From: Vermamoeba vermiformis
Lineage: Eukaryota
Length of the DNA stretch: 64,000 nucleotides
Direction: 5' to 3'
NCBI GenBank assembly: GCA_045837725.1
Contig: JBEWZL010000061.1
Coordinates: 1 to 64,000 of the forward strand
Made by a program: the position numbers and the translations under genes. Below, piece after piece: positions 1 to 13,155 of the stretch. Below the pieces are notes generated by a model. It saw only the letters and a list, made by a program, of their open reading frames with translations. It did not search any database and was not told the origin of the DNA. Every line of letters starts with the position of its first letter. Within the stretch, counting starts at the first letter, position 1.

Positions 1-474
1 TTCTCCTCTTATGAGCCCTCGAGCTCATTGTAACAACAATAAAACCCAATTAAAAATACTCACTTGTCCTCTTGTTCTTAACGGTCATTTCTTTCCAACA
101 TGGCCCTGCGTCGACGACTACTAACTCTGTCAAGTCCAATTAGCCACGCACTCGCTATCGTACGATATTCATGCAACGCCATGCGCAGTTATAACACTGG
201 GCCCTTCGAGTACAGTTCATAACTCGGGTTGTCGCGATCGGGCACAGTTTGTTCTTCAACGAGATCGAGCAGTTCTGCAGCTTATTTTTTCATCCCTTGA
301 TTAATACTTAGTTGTGAGTGCACGCCAAAACGGTAGTGAAGCTTGCCTAGTTAATGCTGTTGTATTCTCTCGTCACCTTACCGGCATCCGCTTTCTTGCA
401 GTTGTATCAAATGACCAATAAAGGACACAGATATAATTTTAAAGATGGAGGTTTATTCACAATCAAAAATTGAC

Positions 475-2210
475 TTAGAAGAGAGCCAACAAGGCAACGG
501 CAGCAGAGGCCACAGAAGCAACAACAGTTGGGGCACTGCTGAAGGCAGGGTTGGACAAAGGCTCAGAGGCAGCAGGAGTTTGACCAACGTTGTTCAAGGG
601 AGTAATGCCGACGGTGGTGTCGAACTTCTTGTCTTGAGTGCCAGAAGGCAAACCATTGGCTTGAGCAAAGTTGAAAGCGAAACGCTTGCCAGTGCTGAGG
701 GTGTTGAGTCCTTGCCATTCGACTTCGACGGTGGCGCTGAATTGGAATTGGGCGTTGGCGTCAATGTTGACGGGGAACATGTCATTGGTGGTTTGACCGA
801 CGGAGACGACGAATTGGAAGCCCTCAGAGGTGGCGTTGTTGGGAGTCAAGGCGAATTGGTTGGCATTGCCGAGAGCAGTGTTGTCACCAGCGGCGAGGAG
901 AGAGCGAGAAGTACCATCGGGAAGAGCGTAGGCAACATCAGTGATGGCAGAGGAGACGATGGTAGCCTTGGTGGACCAGACGGTGGCCAAGAAGAAGGCA
1001 GTTTGCGAGGGCAAGAAGGCAGTCTTGGGGGTGGTGTGTTGAGCGTCTTGGTAGACTTCCAAAGCACCGTTGAGGTCAATGTCGAAGCGAACGATCTGGC
1101 AGAAGTCTTCAGAGACAACCTTGGAGGCAATCAAGGCAGTGTTGGTGTTGGCATCCAAAGGACAAGCGGCTTGATCACCACGGCAGATGAGTGAGGTAGT
1201 GATGTTGTAGTCACCGTTCAACTTGCAAGCGGCGTTGGGGATCAAAACAAGACGGATCTGTTGAGTGCAAGGAGCGCCTTGAGTATCGGGGCAGTTAATG
1301 TCGGTCAAAGAGTAGTTGGAGACCAAGGGAGCGGGGACCTATGGTATCAATATAGTGAGCACTAGTCGTCGAGTACTTGTTATCAAATGCACTTACAATG
1401 AGGCCAATAACGTCGGAGATCTTGAAGGGATATTGCAAAGAGGTAGTGTACTCGAGGGCACCAGTTCCAGAGACGGGATCGTAGGCTTGGAACGTGATCG
1501 CAGCCAAGAGGTTGACACTGCTGAACACATTGATTTCAGAGGTAACCTATATTTAGAAGCACGTGCGTTAGAAATGTTCCGATTGAAATTATTCCGTCGA
1601 GCGCGTAGCTACTTACAGTAATTCTCTTGGGGAATCTGACTTCAACACGAATGATGGATTGAGTGGTACGGAGGATGGGGTCACCACGGAGAGCGAGGTT
1701 GTCGTATTGAGAGACGATCAAAATGCTGCGCATGTAGCTGTAAGTGGCATCTTCGTCACGAGTCCAGCCGCACAGGGAGGCAGAAGACATGGGCATGACG
1801 ACAGTGAAGGTGTCATTGCACTGAGTGACGCTCTTCACCCACAAGTTGCCAGGGTACGAGCAGCTGGCATCACCGTTTTGGAAGGCGATGGCGGCATCCA
1901 TTCTGTTGGTGACGAGAGGAGAGCGGATCACGAGAGTAATTTCACCGTTGTTGGCACCAGAGGCTTGTTCGTCGAGGATGGGAATGTAGCCGGTTTGGAG
2001 GTTTTGAGGAGCAGGGTTGAAGGCGCATTGGTCGTCCTTGAGCGTGCAGTCAGCGAAGCCATTAGCACCCCAGTAGCCCGAGTAGCAGCTGCACAGGCCA
2101 TTGATGCTCTTGCCAGCGACTGTTGTGCCGTCACTGTAGAGACAAGTTTGTGCGAAGACTGCGCTCACGCAAAGAGTGGCGAGAAGAAAACGGATCCAGG
2201 CTTTGTTCAT
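475..2210 (-). CDS. Secreted, probably GPI-anchored Cys-rich surface protein (EGF-like N-terminus, ZP-like domains); exons 2210-1617, 1546-1397, 1338-475
   Basis: Signal peptide MNKAWIRFLLATLCVSAVFA. Two GT-AG introns (1547-1616, 1339-1396) join three ORFs in frame. EGF-like CSCYSGYWG..C, S/T/P spacer and hydrophobic C-terminal tail. Confidence 0.8.
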
Positions 2211-3579
2211 GAAAGGCTAATTAGAGCGAGTGTTGAGTGTTGCGAGTTGTTGTTGTTGAGAGGTGTTGTTCGAGTGTTCGGGTTGATCTGAGTTGCTTTT
2301 TGTTCTTTCTTTCGCTGTTGTTGTTCGAATCTGGTTTCGTTACTTCTTGTTCTTCGTGAGTTCTTTTGTTCTTTCGTTGTTACTTGTTCTTAGATGAGCT
2401 GTTAAACTCTTCGGATCGAGTTGTCGTTGAGAGCTGTTTGTTATTTGTTCCTGCGCTGTGTTTTTGGTTCGAGAGTTGTTGTTCTCTCTATTGCTTTGGT
2501 TGAATTAACTGAGCGTTGCCGCACCCCTATTTATATTTTTTGACGAGATTTTGGTGGGATAATGCAGTTGCCAAGCATAGGCAAAAGTTGCATTTCTTAA
2601 TTTTTCCGATGACCATAAAAGGCAATCGACGCGCATGGATTAATGTGGATTATGTAACACCCGTGTTTCTGCGTCTTGGAGATTGAAAAAGTATTCCACC
2701 GATGTAATCCACCATTGACGATTGTGCTTATTTGGCAATGTGTTCGGAATTGTGGGCCTCCAACTTGCCATCCAACTGGATTTGCTCTTGCTTTGTTCTT
2801 GCTTCACTTTATTCGTAGGTGCACGAGTCTGTTTATTATAAATTATTTTTTTATAGTTTGTTTGGGTATAGCTCAAACGACTGAGAACAATTATCTAGCA
2901 GATTTACAAAAAACGAAATTTAATAATTGAAAGGATGAGAGCCTTAAAAGCAATCTTCTCGCTTTAAATAGCCTCAAAATAACCAAAGAATTTCTAAAAA
3001 TATTTTGGATGGATATTTACCAGTTACAATCCTTATTGATGTTTCGAGCTGTTTACATCCTCGATATCTTTGCCCGTGTAGATTAAGCGTCAACGTGCTT
3101 GGTTGGATCGCTGGCAATAAATGCATACTATTATATATATTGATTTGATGGTTTCAACCTTGGAGCGAGATGAGGATAACTAAACTCAAAATTCAGCTTG
3201 GTGCGTCGTGCACAATCCAGTTAAAACTAAAATCTGCAGGAGAACATGTGTCATACGCCTATTTGTTATTTATAGCCTGATTAATATGCTGACTCATAGC
3301 TAATGTGGTGGATTGTTAATCCTCAACGTTGATCTTTTGCCGGTCAATAAATAGTACGTGGAGCAGGTGCGGCACCGACGGCGCAGATGCCCAAGCATAC
3401 ATACGGGAACATCGTCATATTCCTCGAAATAAGCGCTGTGGTTTTCCGGGAACAAAACAAACGACAATAATAAATATCGATTTTTTTGATTATTTATTTT
3501 CACAAGCTCAAGCAGAACAAACAACACCACTACTTTACTTGTAAGTACTTAATTATTTTTACAATCTTACCTACCCATC

Positions 3580-4785
3580 ATGTCGTACAGTTTGCACAGC
3601 TCTATTCAAACATTCGGCGCGGATTTGTTCAGTCAGATCGCACCAAACTCTAGCACGAATGTTTGCTTCTCTCCTTTCAATATTGCAGCATGCTTTGCGA
3701 TGCTCGTTGAAGGGGCCGATGGAGACACAAGAAAGCAATTGATGGATGCGTTTCACTTGCCCAAGAATTTTCAAAGCGAATTCAAAGACCACTCAAAAGC
3801 CATCAAGCACGCCCAGTCAACTATAAGATCAGCTCATTCTATCTGGGCCAGCAACAAAGCCCAGCTGGACGATGATTATCTTTTTTACGTGAAGAGAATG
3901 TTCAAAAACGCGAAGGTCGAATCCGCTGACTTTGGCTCTCTGGACGTCGTCAAAAAGATCAATCAATTCGTCAATAAGAAGACAAAAGGTCTCATCCCCG
4001 AAGTACTGAGCGCATTGAATATCAACACTCTTCTCGTCTTGGTGAGTGTTTTGTATTTCAAAGGCCAGTGGTGCCACCCTTTCAAACAGTCCCTGACAAC
4101 TCCACGACCATTCCATCTTCTCGACAACAAGGCCCAAGTACAGGTGCCGATGATGGCACAGACGGTAGAGCGCTACGAGTTCACTCGACAACCGACATTC
4201 AGCGCAATATCGTTGCCATTCAGTGGTCGTGACACATCGATGATCTTCATCTTGCCGAAGGACAACACAACATCCGAACTCAACAGAATGTGCTCAACAG
4301 AGTTCCTGACGGAGTTCTTTGCACACAAGTGCTCGTGGATGCGATCACAGCTCGTCGATGTGACAATTCCCAAGTTCAAGTTTGAGTGCGAGTTCGATCT
4401 CACCACTTTGCTTCCATCACTTGGAGTCACCGACGCTTTCTCGACCGCTGCCAATTTTTCAAAGATGACCAAGTCTGGAACTCCAGTCTACGTAAACACA
4501 GCAGTTCATAAGACGTTCATTTCTGTCGACGAAAAGGGTTGCGAAGCTGCCGCTGCTACAGCAGTTTGTCTTCTTGAGCTTGGTATCAAAAAGCCGCAAC
4601 AATTCGAGACATTCTACGCAGACCACCCTTTCGTGTTCATCTTGTATCATCAAGTGACGCAACAAGTTCTGTTCATCGGACGAGTTGTGGATCCAACCAA
4701 CGGAGCAAAATCCGAGAAGAAACGAGCTGCGGAAGATCTTGAAGACAAGGAATTTCAACGCGAGCATAAGAAACAGAAACATTAA
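3580..4785 (+). CDS. Serpin (intracellular, single coding exon)
   Basis: NVCFSPFNI, LYFKGQW, VPMM, IPKFK, hinge EKGCEAAAATA and serpin signature FYADHPFVFIL..VLFIGRVVDP. Confidence 0.97.
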   Translation: MSYSLHSSIQTFGADLFSQIAPNSSTNVCFSPFNIAACFAMLVEGADGDTRKQLMDAFHLPKNFQSEFKDHSKAIKHAQSTIRSAHSIWASNKAQLDDDYLFYVKRMFKNAKVESADFGSLDVVKKINQFVNKKTKGLIPEVLSALNINTLLVLVSVLYFKGQWCHPFKQSLTTPRPFHLLDNKAQVQVPMMAQTVERYEFTRQPTFSAISLPFSGRDTSMIFILPKDNTTSELNRMCSTEFLTEFFAHKCSWMRSQLVDVTIPKFKFECEFDLTTLLPSLGVTDAFSTAANFSKMTKSGTPVYVNTAVHKTFISVDEKGCEAAAATAVCLLELGIKKPQQFETFYADHPFVFILYHQVTQQVLFIGRVVDPTNGAKSEKKRAAEDLEDKEFQREHKKQKH

Positions 4786-5130
4786 ATCCTTTTGTACGCA
4801 TGATTTAGTTCAATAAATACAATAATGAAGCCAATCCACCAGTCTGACAGCGAAAGCTGATCACGTGATGCTAGTTTAGACATCTTTTGATGTTGGCTTA
4901 GTCCAAGAGATCAGCCTAACCGAGTTCTCTTCAAAATACAGAACCAGCCAATCAGGTGCCACTTGGTTCAGTGAACGAAATCCAGTACGCGCAGCCTTAA
5001 AAGCGCGACGCGTTTCGTCCTCTTTCTCCGTTTCATACACGAGTTACCACAAGGAGACATTGCTGCTTGCTCGGTAAGCCAAAACATCCAGTTACTATGG
5101 GATTGACCTTCGAACTCAAGTTCAAGTTCG

Positions 5131-5949
5131 ATGGAACAACAACAACAGCAGCAACCTCAACAGTTTGTCATTGCTCAACTGCAAGCGCCTGCAGGTCTAG
5201 TAGCTCCAGGTCCAGTGGTGTACGGCCCAAACGATCCGATCGCGGATGCAACCGTCAAAGCAGAACACGAATATTTTCGAGCGATCAAAAAATACAAAGG
5301 TAAGACATTATATAATTCGTAAACATACGATATTTTAATTTATAATAATCTAACTATTTCCTTAATTAAATTAATTATCTTTAAGCCGCAAATGGCGGGG
5401 TTGTCATAACAGATGCGGATTACGTCGCTGCTTTAAAACGTAAAACTGCGATAGACTTAGTAGGTAATATCGCTGTATACTGCTGGTACTAGTACTCTTA
5501 CTAATATTTGTTAGCAACCGAACAAGTGTACCCGCGAGTAGGAGTACCTTCCTGGGCAGTTGAATTGATGGCAAAACTCGATGCCCAATCGACTTTATTA
5601 AAAGTTGTTCAGTACAAGCTCGATTTACCTGCATTACGGGCTCGCAATGCTGAGGCTTTCTCAACTGCAAACGATGAAGCTGGTTTGTCACCTTTGCCAT
5701 GCACGGTGGCTGGAAACAACCGTAAGTGCCTGCCATATCTTTTGTTTAATAGACTTTTAATCATTTTCGCTAGTCGGTTTACTGCCTGAAGCTGCCAATC
5801 CTCCCGTATTCTTTCCGCCTACTGTTGGTGCTTTCAAGAACCTTACTACCGCTCGCGTCAAAGCACTGGCCAAATTCTATGACATCAACTTAGTCGGAAA
5901 TTCTACCGCGAAGTTGACTCAATTAGAGCTCTATATCAAACAGGGTTAA
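5131..5949 (+). CDS. Small multi-exon protein with Mug135/DUF1773-like C-terminus
   Basis: Four exons spliced by eye. The C-terminus ARNA..LSPLP..FFPPTVGAFKNLT...ALAKFYDI..LELYI resembles the Mug135 C-terminal pattern as I recall it. Confidence 0.55.
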
Positions 5950-6166
5950 ACGCTTGCAACTCGACTAGCTGACCAAGAGATATTATTCTTAATATAATCT
6001 CTTTGTGTATAGAGTGTATCGCGCTTAATAGCGCGTGCCGCGGTGAATATAAACCCTCTATTTGGAGAATGTTGTCTGTACAATTAGCAAAATGTGTTTA
6101 AGTCTTAGTCACGAAGGATTATAGAGTAGTACTTATGAACAAATGTTTACTACGAGTTAACATGCA

Positions 6167-9100
6167 CTATGTTTTAGTCTCGTTAGAAGTACTCTTGTTC
6201 TTAGTCTGCTCGTCCTTCGAGCTTTGGTCAATGGACATGGCTTGTTGGATCAGCCACATCTGGTACGCTAACATTTGCTGATAATTAGCTAGTAGCGATG
6301 CCGGAATATTAGCGTGGTTATTAAGGGTGTTGGTATTGTTAGCTGGAATATTGACATTGGTGTTGTTGAAGGAAAGAACCGTGGCGTTGATCGGAGGTGG
6401 GTTAGGAGTAACATTGAGGTTGATGTTGATTGGTTGGTTTGTGTTCGATATTTCCTTATTAGGGATTGGTGTAGAGGGGGTGTCGGCCTTGTCGAATTTT
6501 AGTCGGTCTTGGTAGAAGTTGATCATTTTCTGGGGCGTTACAGTGGAGAGAAGTGACGAGGGAACAAAGCTATATTTAGCGTTGCCTGCAGCACGTGATT
6601 TTCTCTTTTTGGCAATGTCTTTTTCTTCTCGCCATCGCACTAAGTGCATTAACTCGCCATCGATAACCTTTGATCCAACAATCTGTTCGACTTCGAGCTT
6701 GTTGTCCAAACTTCTCCTGATCCGAACGCCTTCGTGCATTTCCTCCTAAAGTCATGTTTTAGTCACGGACTACAATGTCTAGTATAACTGTCACGTACCT
6801 CTGGTTTTTCTTTCAAACTGCTTTGAAATTCGTTCAGAGTTTCAGCAGCGAACAAAATTGTTTCGGATCTGTGTCGAAATGTTAGAGCTGAAGGGCTGTA
6901 CAATATAATAGGCACATGGTACATACGCAGCATTGTCACTCTTTAAAGTAACTTTATGGCTGACCTTCTCGTTGGTAGGTTGGGTCAAAGCCAAGATCTG
7001 ATCGGCAACGTACTCGACTTCGTAGCTGTACAAAATACAATACTATTAGTATCTTATATTGAATATGTATCATAATTTTCAACTTGCCTATCATCAGTTT
7101 CGTTGCTCGAAGGACTGGATGCGCTGCTTCTGTTTACATGTTGACACGTGTCAAAGTCCTCTGCTTCAGATTTCTTGGCTAATAACTGTGCAGGTGTCTC
7201 AAACTCGGCGTCCTCATGCGAGATAGCATCGCTTGTTTCATTAGTGATGAAGCTCAGCGAACCGGGCCTCGGCGAAGTTGACGGATCTGACGAGTCGGAG
7301 GGTTGAGACACCTTTTGCTTCTTAGTAATAACCTCTAATAGATCTCTAGAAGGCTTTCGCTTGAGTGTTCGATCAGATCCGTCACTAAAAATTCAATGTT
7401 AGATCATGACACGAGGGATCTAGATCTGACCAACTACGTACTGTCTTTCAAATTCTTTAGCGAGATGATATAGCATTGGATTGTCGTAGTTCGAGAGACC
7501 CCACCACACTTTGGCTTTACACTTGAAGATGTGTGTCTTGGCGACGAGTGATTCTTCGAGCAAGTTCGGGATCTGATCCTCCAACTCTGCCTTAGACTTT
7601 GAATAGCCCAGTGAGATCCAATTATTCGATAGGAATTCTTTGATTTGCTCGAAGTGGAAGTACGTTGTCGTCAAGCCATTGAATGTACTTTCGTTGTTCT
7701 TGACCAAGATCTCTTCGTGATGGACTTGGCCAGATGCGTTACTTTGGCTTCCTACTTGAGGGTTGCGTGATGCTTGGGACTCTTCTTTAAGATTGTACAG
7801 CGTCACTTGGAAGATGTGATCCCATTCACGAGGAAGGAACCTGAAAATCTCGCGTCGACGCGTGTTGAAGGTCTGTGGCGGAAGAACAGCCAGCACGTTA
7901 TGCTCGAGAATTTGCGGGGTTTCTTCGTCGGTGTCTTGCCGACAATTAGCGCAAATGAATTGGTAGCGCCAGTCGCCAGGCAACGGTGAGATGTTGAGCA
8001 CAATTGACAGGCAGCGTTGATGGAAATATTTCTCGCATCTTTGACAGCGCAAGTCGATTGGATCTCCAGCACGATTCGGCCCTGGTTGATCGCTGCCACA
8101 GTAGCAGTTGTACGTGATAGGGTACTTGGCAGTGTCTTCATTCAGCAGCAACGACAAGTCGTTAGAAATGCTGTCGGCGGCTGAGAACCCGGTGTGTCTT
8201 GTCGAGAACGACGGCGGCAACTCGAAAAGAATAGGCGTGTCATTGAACATGAGCCGCTTGTTCTTCAACATCATGGCGTCTGAGGAGCTAGCGAGTTTGA
8301 CACGCCAAATGTCACGGGCATAATTCAGTCGTGAAATTTCAATAGGAGCAATACGGAAGTGGCTAATGAGGAGCTGCACGACTTGTTGACGAACCATTTC
8401 TTCTGAGGCTGTTTTCGGGACTCCCTTGACCACCAGACAATTCGTCATGTCTGTTTCGTTCAACTCACGCTGCAAGATCTCGGGTTCACGTGGATGAAAC
8501 TGCAACGGCAGTTAGTACAAGTTAATACTATAAAATGATATGTCCTTACCAGTGTGTTGGTTGCAGAGTGGCCTGAAAGTCCGCATGTCGTGCACTTTCT
8601 GTCATCGTGTGACTTTAAGACAGCGTTACTTTGAGGACCAGGCTTCGTTACAACAATAGGAATGGTCGATATAACCTATACGAAGTTAGTATTTAAGAAT
8701 ATGGACGATACGCTTGTGAACTCACCGATTGGATCTTGGATGCGCTGCTGGCCAGCATTTTAGCGTTGTCGTCCCAGCACTTGGAACACATCTCGTTGAC
8801 TTTAGGTTTCGTCCTTTGCAGAACAATCAACGTGTCTCCGCTGTACGTGTTCGTGCCTTCAGTTCGCAGAGGATAAAACTTCATGGATCTAGTGCGAGTC
8901 GATTTGCAAAATGCACAGGCTCTACGAAGTGTGTCGGACTAAATAGATAAATGATTAGCTTTGGATCCCAAAGATTCTGAGATTCATGAACGATAAACCG
9001 ATTCGCGAATGAAATCTCCGAGATGAAACACACGACAAGAGCGTCAGAAGTGTGTCAAAAAGTGTCGTTGTCTCAAAGTCGAGCAGTGTATCGTAGCTTA

Positions 9101-9497
9101 CCATAATACGCTTGGCTGACTTCTTTTTCATCTTGAAGTCGTAGACCATGGAGTTGGGTCGAGTGCCTAGTTGGGGTTGAAGTGGCTGAATTGGTGTGGG
9201 TTTTACGATAGACTTTTGGACCTGTTGAAGTCGTGCTTGGAGGTCTGTAGGGAGTTGGAGGGGGATTGTCGAACTAGGGACATTCAGACCTTGTTTCGAG
9301 GTTGAGTTAGTCGTGGAGGGAAGTGGATGTGACACGAGTGTCGAGGCGATTGTAGAGGCTTGAGTGGGTTGGGAAACGGTTGTAGATGCTATAGAAGGTA
9401 GGAAAAAGCGCTGGAGTTGAGTTGGCACTGAGGAGTGCGCATAAATTGATTTAAACGCATCGTTGGATGCTGGATTCACTTCGTTTGCTCGGTTCAT
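6167..9497 (-). CDS. Multidomain chromatin protein: Zn fingers, RRM-like, Polycomb-like PHD + winged helix, degenerate chromo, chromo-shadow domain
   Basis: CAFC..CSKC; CTTCGLSGH; CLVVKGVP (RNP2-like); CYCG..CQRCEKYFHQRC..GDWRYQFICANC; LPREWDHIFQVTLYNL..YFHFEQIKEFLSNNW; LEVEQIVGSKVIDGELMHLVRW..PQKMINFYQDRL. GT-AG introns link the ORFs. Confidence 0.8.
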
Positions 9498-10424
9498 CAA
9501 TTTTTTGAGCTTTTTGTTCTTTCAGTCCACCGTGGCTTATGGCTGTGGTGTCCTGTAAGTAATAATGAGCTAGAGACCCAGAAGTTTATTTTTAGAGCGT
9601 GGGCGTAGATTTCGTGGGAATTTTGAACACGAAAATAACGCATCGCATAAACAAAATATAGCGGTCTTATTTATCGCCAATTTGTAATGAGGTTCGTGTA
9701 TTTTGACATCAATTAAAAGTATGCATCGTTATTTTAATGATTCATAAAAGGGGTTTTGGATTAATAATTGTTTATGGCTTGAATTAAATTATGTGAGTTT
9801 TGATATAGCCTCGGAGGCGTATATAATTGCTCATAGGTATTATTCCAACATTATTTTTATGATTTCAAGAATAAATAACTCTGAGAAAAGGTAAAGACAA
9901 TAGATTCGCGTTAATAATGGCATGTTGGCACTTACCTTGCAGCGAAGTTGTATAATAGCGCTATTTTGTATTGTAAATCAATAGTGTTTGGTTTTCTTTT
10001 GTGTCCTCATTCGACAAGTCACAATAAAAATGATTGTTCAGATAATTCTGACTAGATCTCGTTGAGCTCACGTTACAACGGCACGTGCACGGTTCGGAGG
10101 TTCTTACACACGATACTGTACTCCTATGAGACTTGCGTACCTGGTTAATCCTGAAGTTTGGGCATTATTTAATCTCGGATCATCTTCAATTGGCTTCAGA
10201 AACGATTCTATTAATATCAATGGTCTTGACTTCAATACTAAGTATTAAGAAAGTACAGGTATTCGCAGGTTATTTATTTACAAGCAAGAAACAAATATAT
10301 ACATACAGGAGTTTGTAACAAAAATGGGACTCAGTCCGAGCTCGTCCGTAATCTCCTTCGGAATTGATTGAGACTGCGGAGCGTAATAGAGGTTGGTGCG
10401 GAGTAGAAACAAAATTTAAATTGT

Positions 10425-12496
10425 CTATCCCGTTGAGACAGTTTCCTTCCTGGCAAAGGTGGTCTCATCTGTTACCCACGCTGGTTTAGCGTTAGGATTA
10501 CGACGCAACTTGACTAAGCAAGTCTTAGTTGGTCGGAATACACCAAAGACTTGGTCTTTAGGCAAAATTTCCTTGAGCGGGACCAAAGGCTCGATCTCGA
10601 ATTGTTGCAAAACATTGTACAGCAGCGTTTTGATGTTCATATAGGCGTAATGAGCTCCTAAAAGCCATTGCGATACGTTAATAAGAGCAATAATAGCGAA
10701 CACAGAAATGGAATAATTAAATTGCTCATGAAAAATTTCAGATCTTTCGAAAATGACGAGACACGCATTGAGTTCTAAATGGATTTTCTCGTGGCTAGCA
10801 AAATATCTACGGCCAAATATCGGACTTACCAGTACAAGGATGGCGACCCGATCCAAAGCTTATCATTTCGCAAGGCTTTTTGCCTTCTGTCTCGTAGCGT
10901 TGAGGATCAAATTTTTCGGGGTCAGAAAAGATCTCAGTGTTGTTCATGATCAAGCCCGAAACTAACACAATGTACCAACCTATCATATCGTTAGTCTAGA
11001 TAACATTAAAAGGTTTTTGATCTGAACGATAAAATTGAATCGATTAGTTTGCTTCCAATTTCGATGAAATAGCTCTATAAGATATGTACCTTTAGGAATA
11101 GTAACATTTTCATCGAGTTTCATATCATTCGCGGCCACACGAAGAGCAATACCGTTCGCGCTAGTACGCACAGTTTCATTGACAAAACGCGAGCTGAATG
11201 ACGAAGAACTGATCAAATCATCAACTGGATTGACTCCCGACGCGAGCTTCTCGAAATATTTCTCTTTTTCTTCCATCAACTTAGCTCTCTAACGAATCGA
11301 AATTGTCAGCCAGATCCACTTCAAAAGTGACACGTGTCATCGTTACAATAACGAGGTGATTATAATTACCTGTTCAGGGAACAATGACAAGTAGACTAAA
11401 GACCAAGCGCTGGTCGCGTGAGTGTTTGTTGTACCGGCGAAGATGATGAAAAACACGCAGAGCGCTATTTGACGATAATCAGGGGTACCTATAATAAGAC
11501 GGTTAAAAATTTGCTACTTAAAGGTTGATTATTAAATTTAGAGTTAATCTCAAGAAATAACCACGCAGATCGAGAATCCGTTATTTTGTTGAAATTACTT
11601 ACCGTTTGTAGTCTTCAACTCATTAATGAGGTAGTTGATAAAATCAACTGTTTGAGAGTTCTCTTTAATGCGCTTGTCGACTTGGTTTTGGATCAAGGCT
11701 TCAAATTCATCCCAGTACTTCGCGCTGTGCTTTTTGCCGCTTGGGAGCATATTAGGGATCAGCTTATCCATTGAGCGCAGCTTCTCTTCAACGTCAAGGT
11801 GCTTCATGAGGTAAATGATACGGTCAATATCGGTTGACGCAAGATCAGTTCCAGCGAACGACCTAAAAATTAAATATAAGCCACTATACGTAAAATTCAT
11901 TAAACCATGCTAAAGACGTACTTGATGAAGATAATAAGACTGAGTTTCTCAATCTCGGCGAACAGATCAATTGTTTGCTCGTCTTTGGACCAATGCGACA
12001 CGAGGTACTTTTGGATCTCGGCTTGGAGCTCCTTTTGCAAATGAGCGAGTCTATCCTTTGAAAAGGCCTTCTTGAAGACGTCCACCATTTGGGGGTTATG
12101 TCTAACAGCGTCAGGAGAGACGAGTTTATGGAAAAGCTAAGAAGAAATACGCGATCAGACAACTATTGAAAAAACAAAAAAAGTTGATTTTACCTGGTAG
12201 CCTTCGTTGATATCAGCGTCCTTGGAGAAGAAGAATGACCTAGCGTATTGGGGTCCAGTCAAGATAGCAATGTGGCGCCAGAATGGTACCTTGATCGCAA
12301 TGATGCCGCCAAATCTCTCGCGCATGAGCTCCATGAAGCCAACGCCGCGCTTCTTCGCTTCTTTGATGTATGAATAGAGCTTCCATAATGGAATGACGGT
12401 CGGAGCTGAAAGATTAACCTGCTGAGCACGATCTGAAAATAAGAAAACTAATCCAGCAAGAATGCCGGCAATTGTGAGAAGTGCAGCTACGAGCAT
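10425..12496 (-). CDS. Cytochrome P450 (CYP51/CYP7-clan-like), multi-exon
   Basis: N-terminal membrane anchor, I-helix FIIFAGTTNT, ExxR (ETVR), heme motif FGSGRHPCTG at about 10830-10860. Confidence 0.93.
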
Positions 12497-13155
12497 ATTG
12501 TAAACGCTTGCTTGATATATAAAATATCTACGATTTCAACCGTCGGGGGCTATTTTAACTGGCGGAAAAATCATTCGGCTGTGATTCCCCGTGCAACTTC
12601 TGCCCAAAAAAGAGTTGCTAGCGCCACGCAAACCAAATTTCATTAAATATCTTGGGTAGTTGGCAAAAATTTGTCGTTCAATCGCTAAATTTGAGCGTAA
12701 ACCAAAAGCTTGTAAGATTGCAGTAAGATGCAACCAAATCCTGCCCTAAAATTGTTCAAAGCGACAATTAAATTTGAATTAAATAACACTGATGTATTGG
12801 CAGTTAAAAGGGCAATTATAAGGCTGATCTTGCCTTGTTAAAATTTAAAATCGCAAAGCGGGAATTAGATATTTAACCAATTTGCAATAAAATGTTGTAC
12901 TTAGCTATATATGCTATTGTAAACCAGTTCACACCACGAAAGACTCTCGATCTGCCAACCGTTCAATAAGCAAATCTGAATTGGAGATGTGCGCCTTATA
13001 ATTGAGGAGTTGCACGTAGAGATGAAAAATAATGGTTAGGTAAGACATAATAGTCTATTTGATAGGCGTGTCAATCAAATTGAATGGTGGGAACGAATCA
13101 ATTTTGATTTTTTTCTTTTTTTTATCCCACGCAACAGAACAGCACAAACAACACA

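Noticed and set aside
445-2291. Long plus-strand ORFs (445-1194, 1659-2291)
   Set aside because: Antisense shadows of the codon-biased minus-strand gene.
2215-2520. (GTT)/(CTT)-rich low-complexity tract
   Set aside because: Fits an A/C-rich 5' UTR of the minus-strand gene below a TATA-like element at about 2528-2537; no regular repeat unit.
10425-12496. Calling the P450 CYP51
   Set aside because: The heme motif is similar, but the I-helix lacks the AGQHT signature; orthology not supportable.
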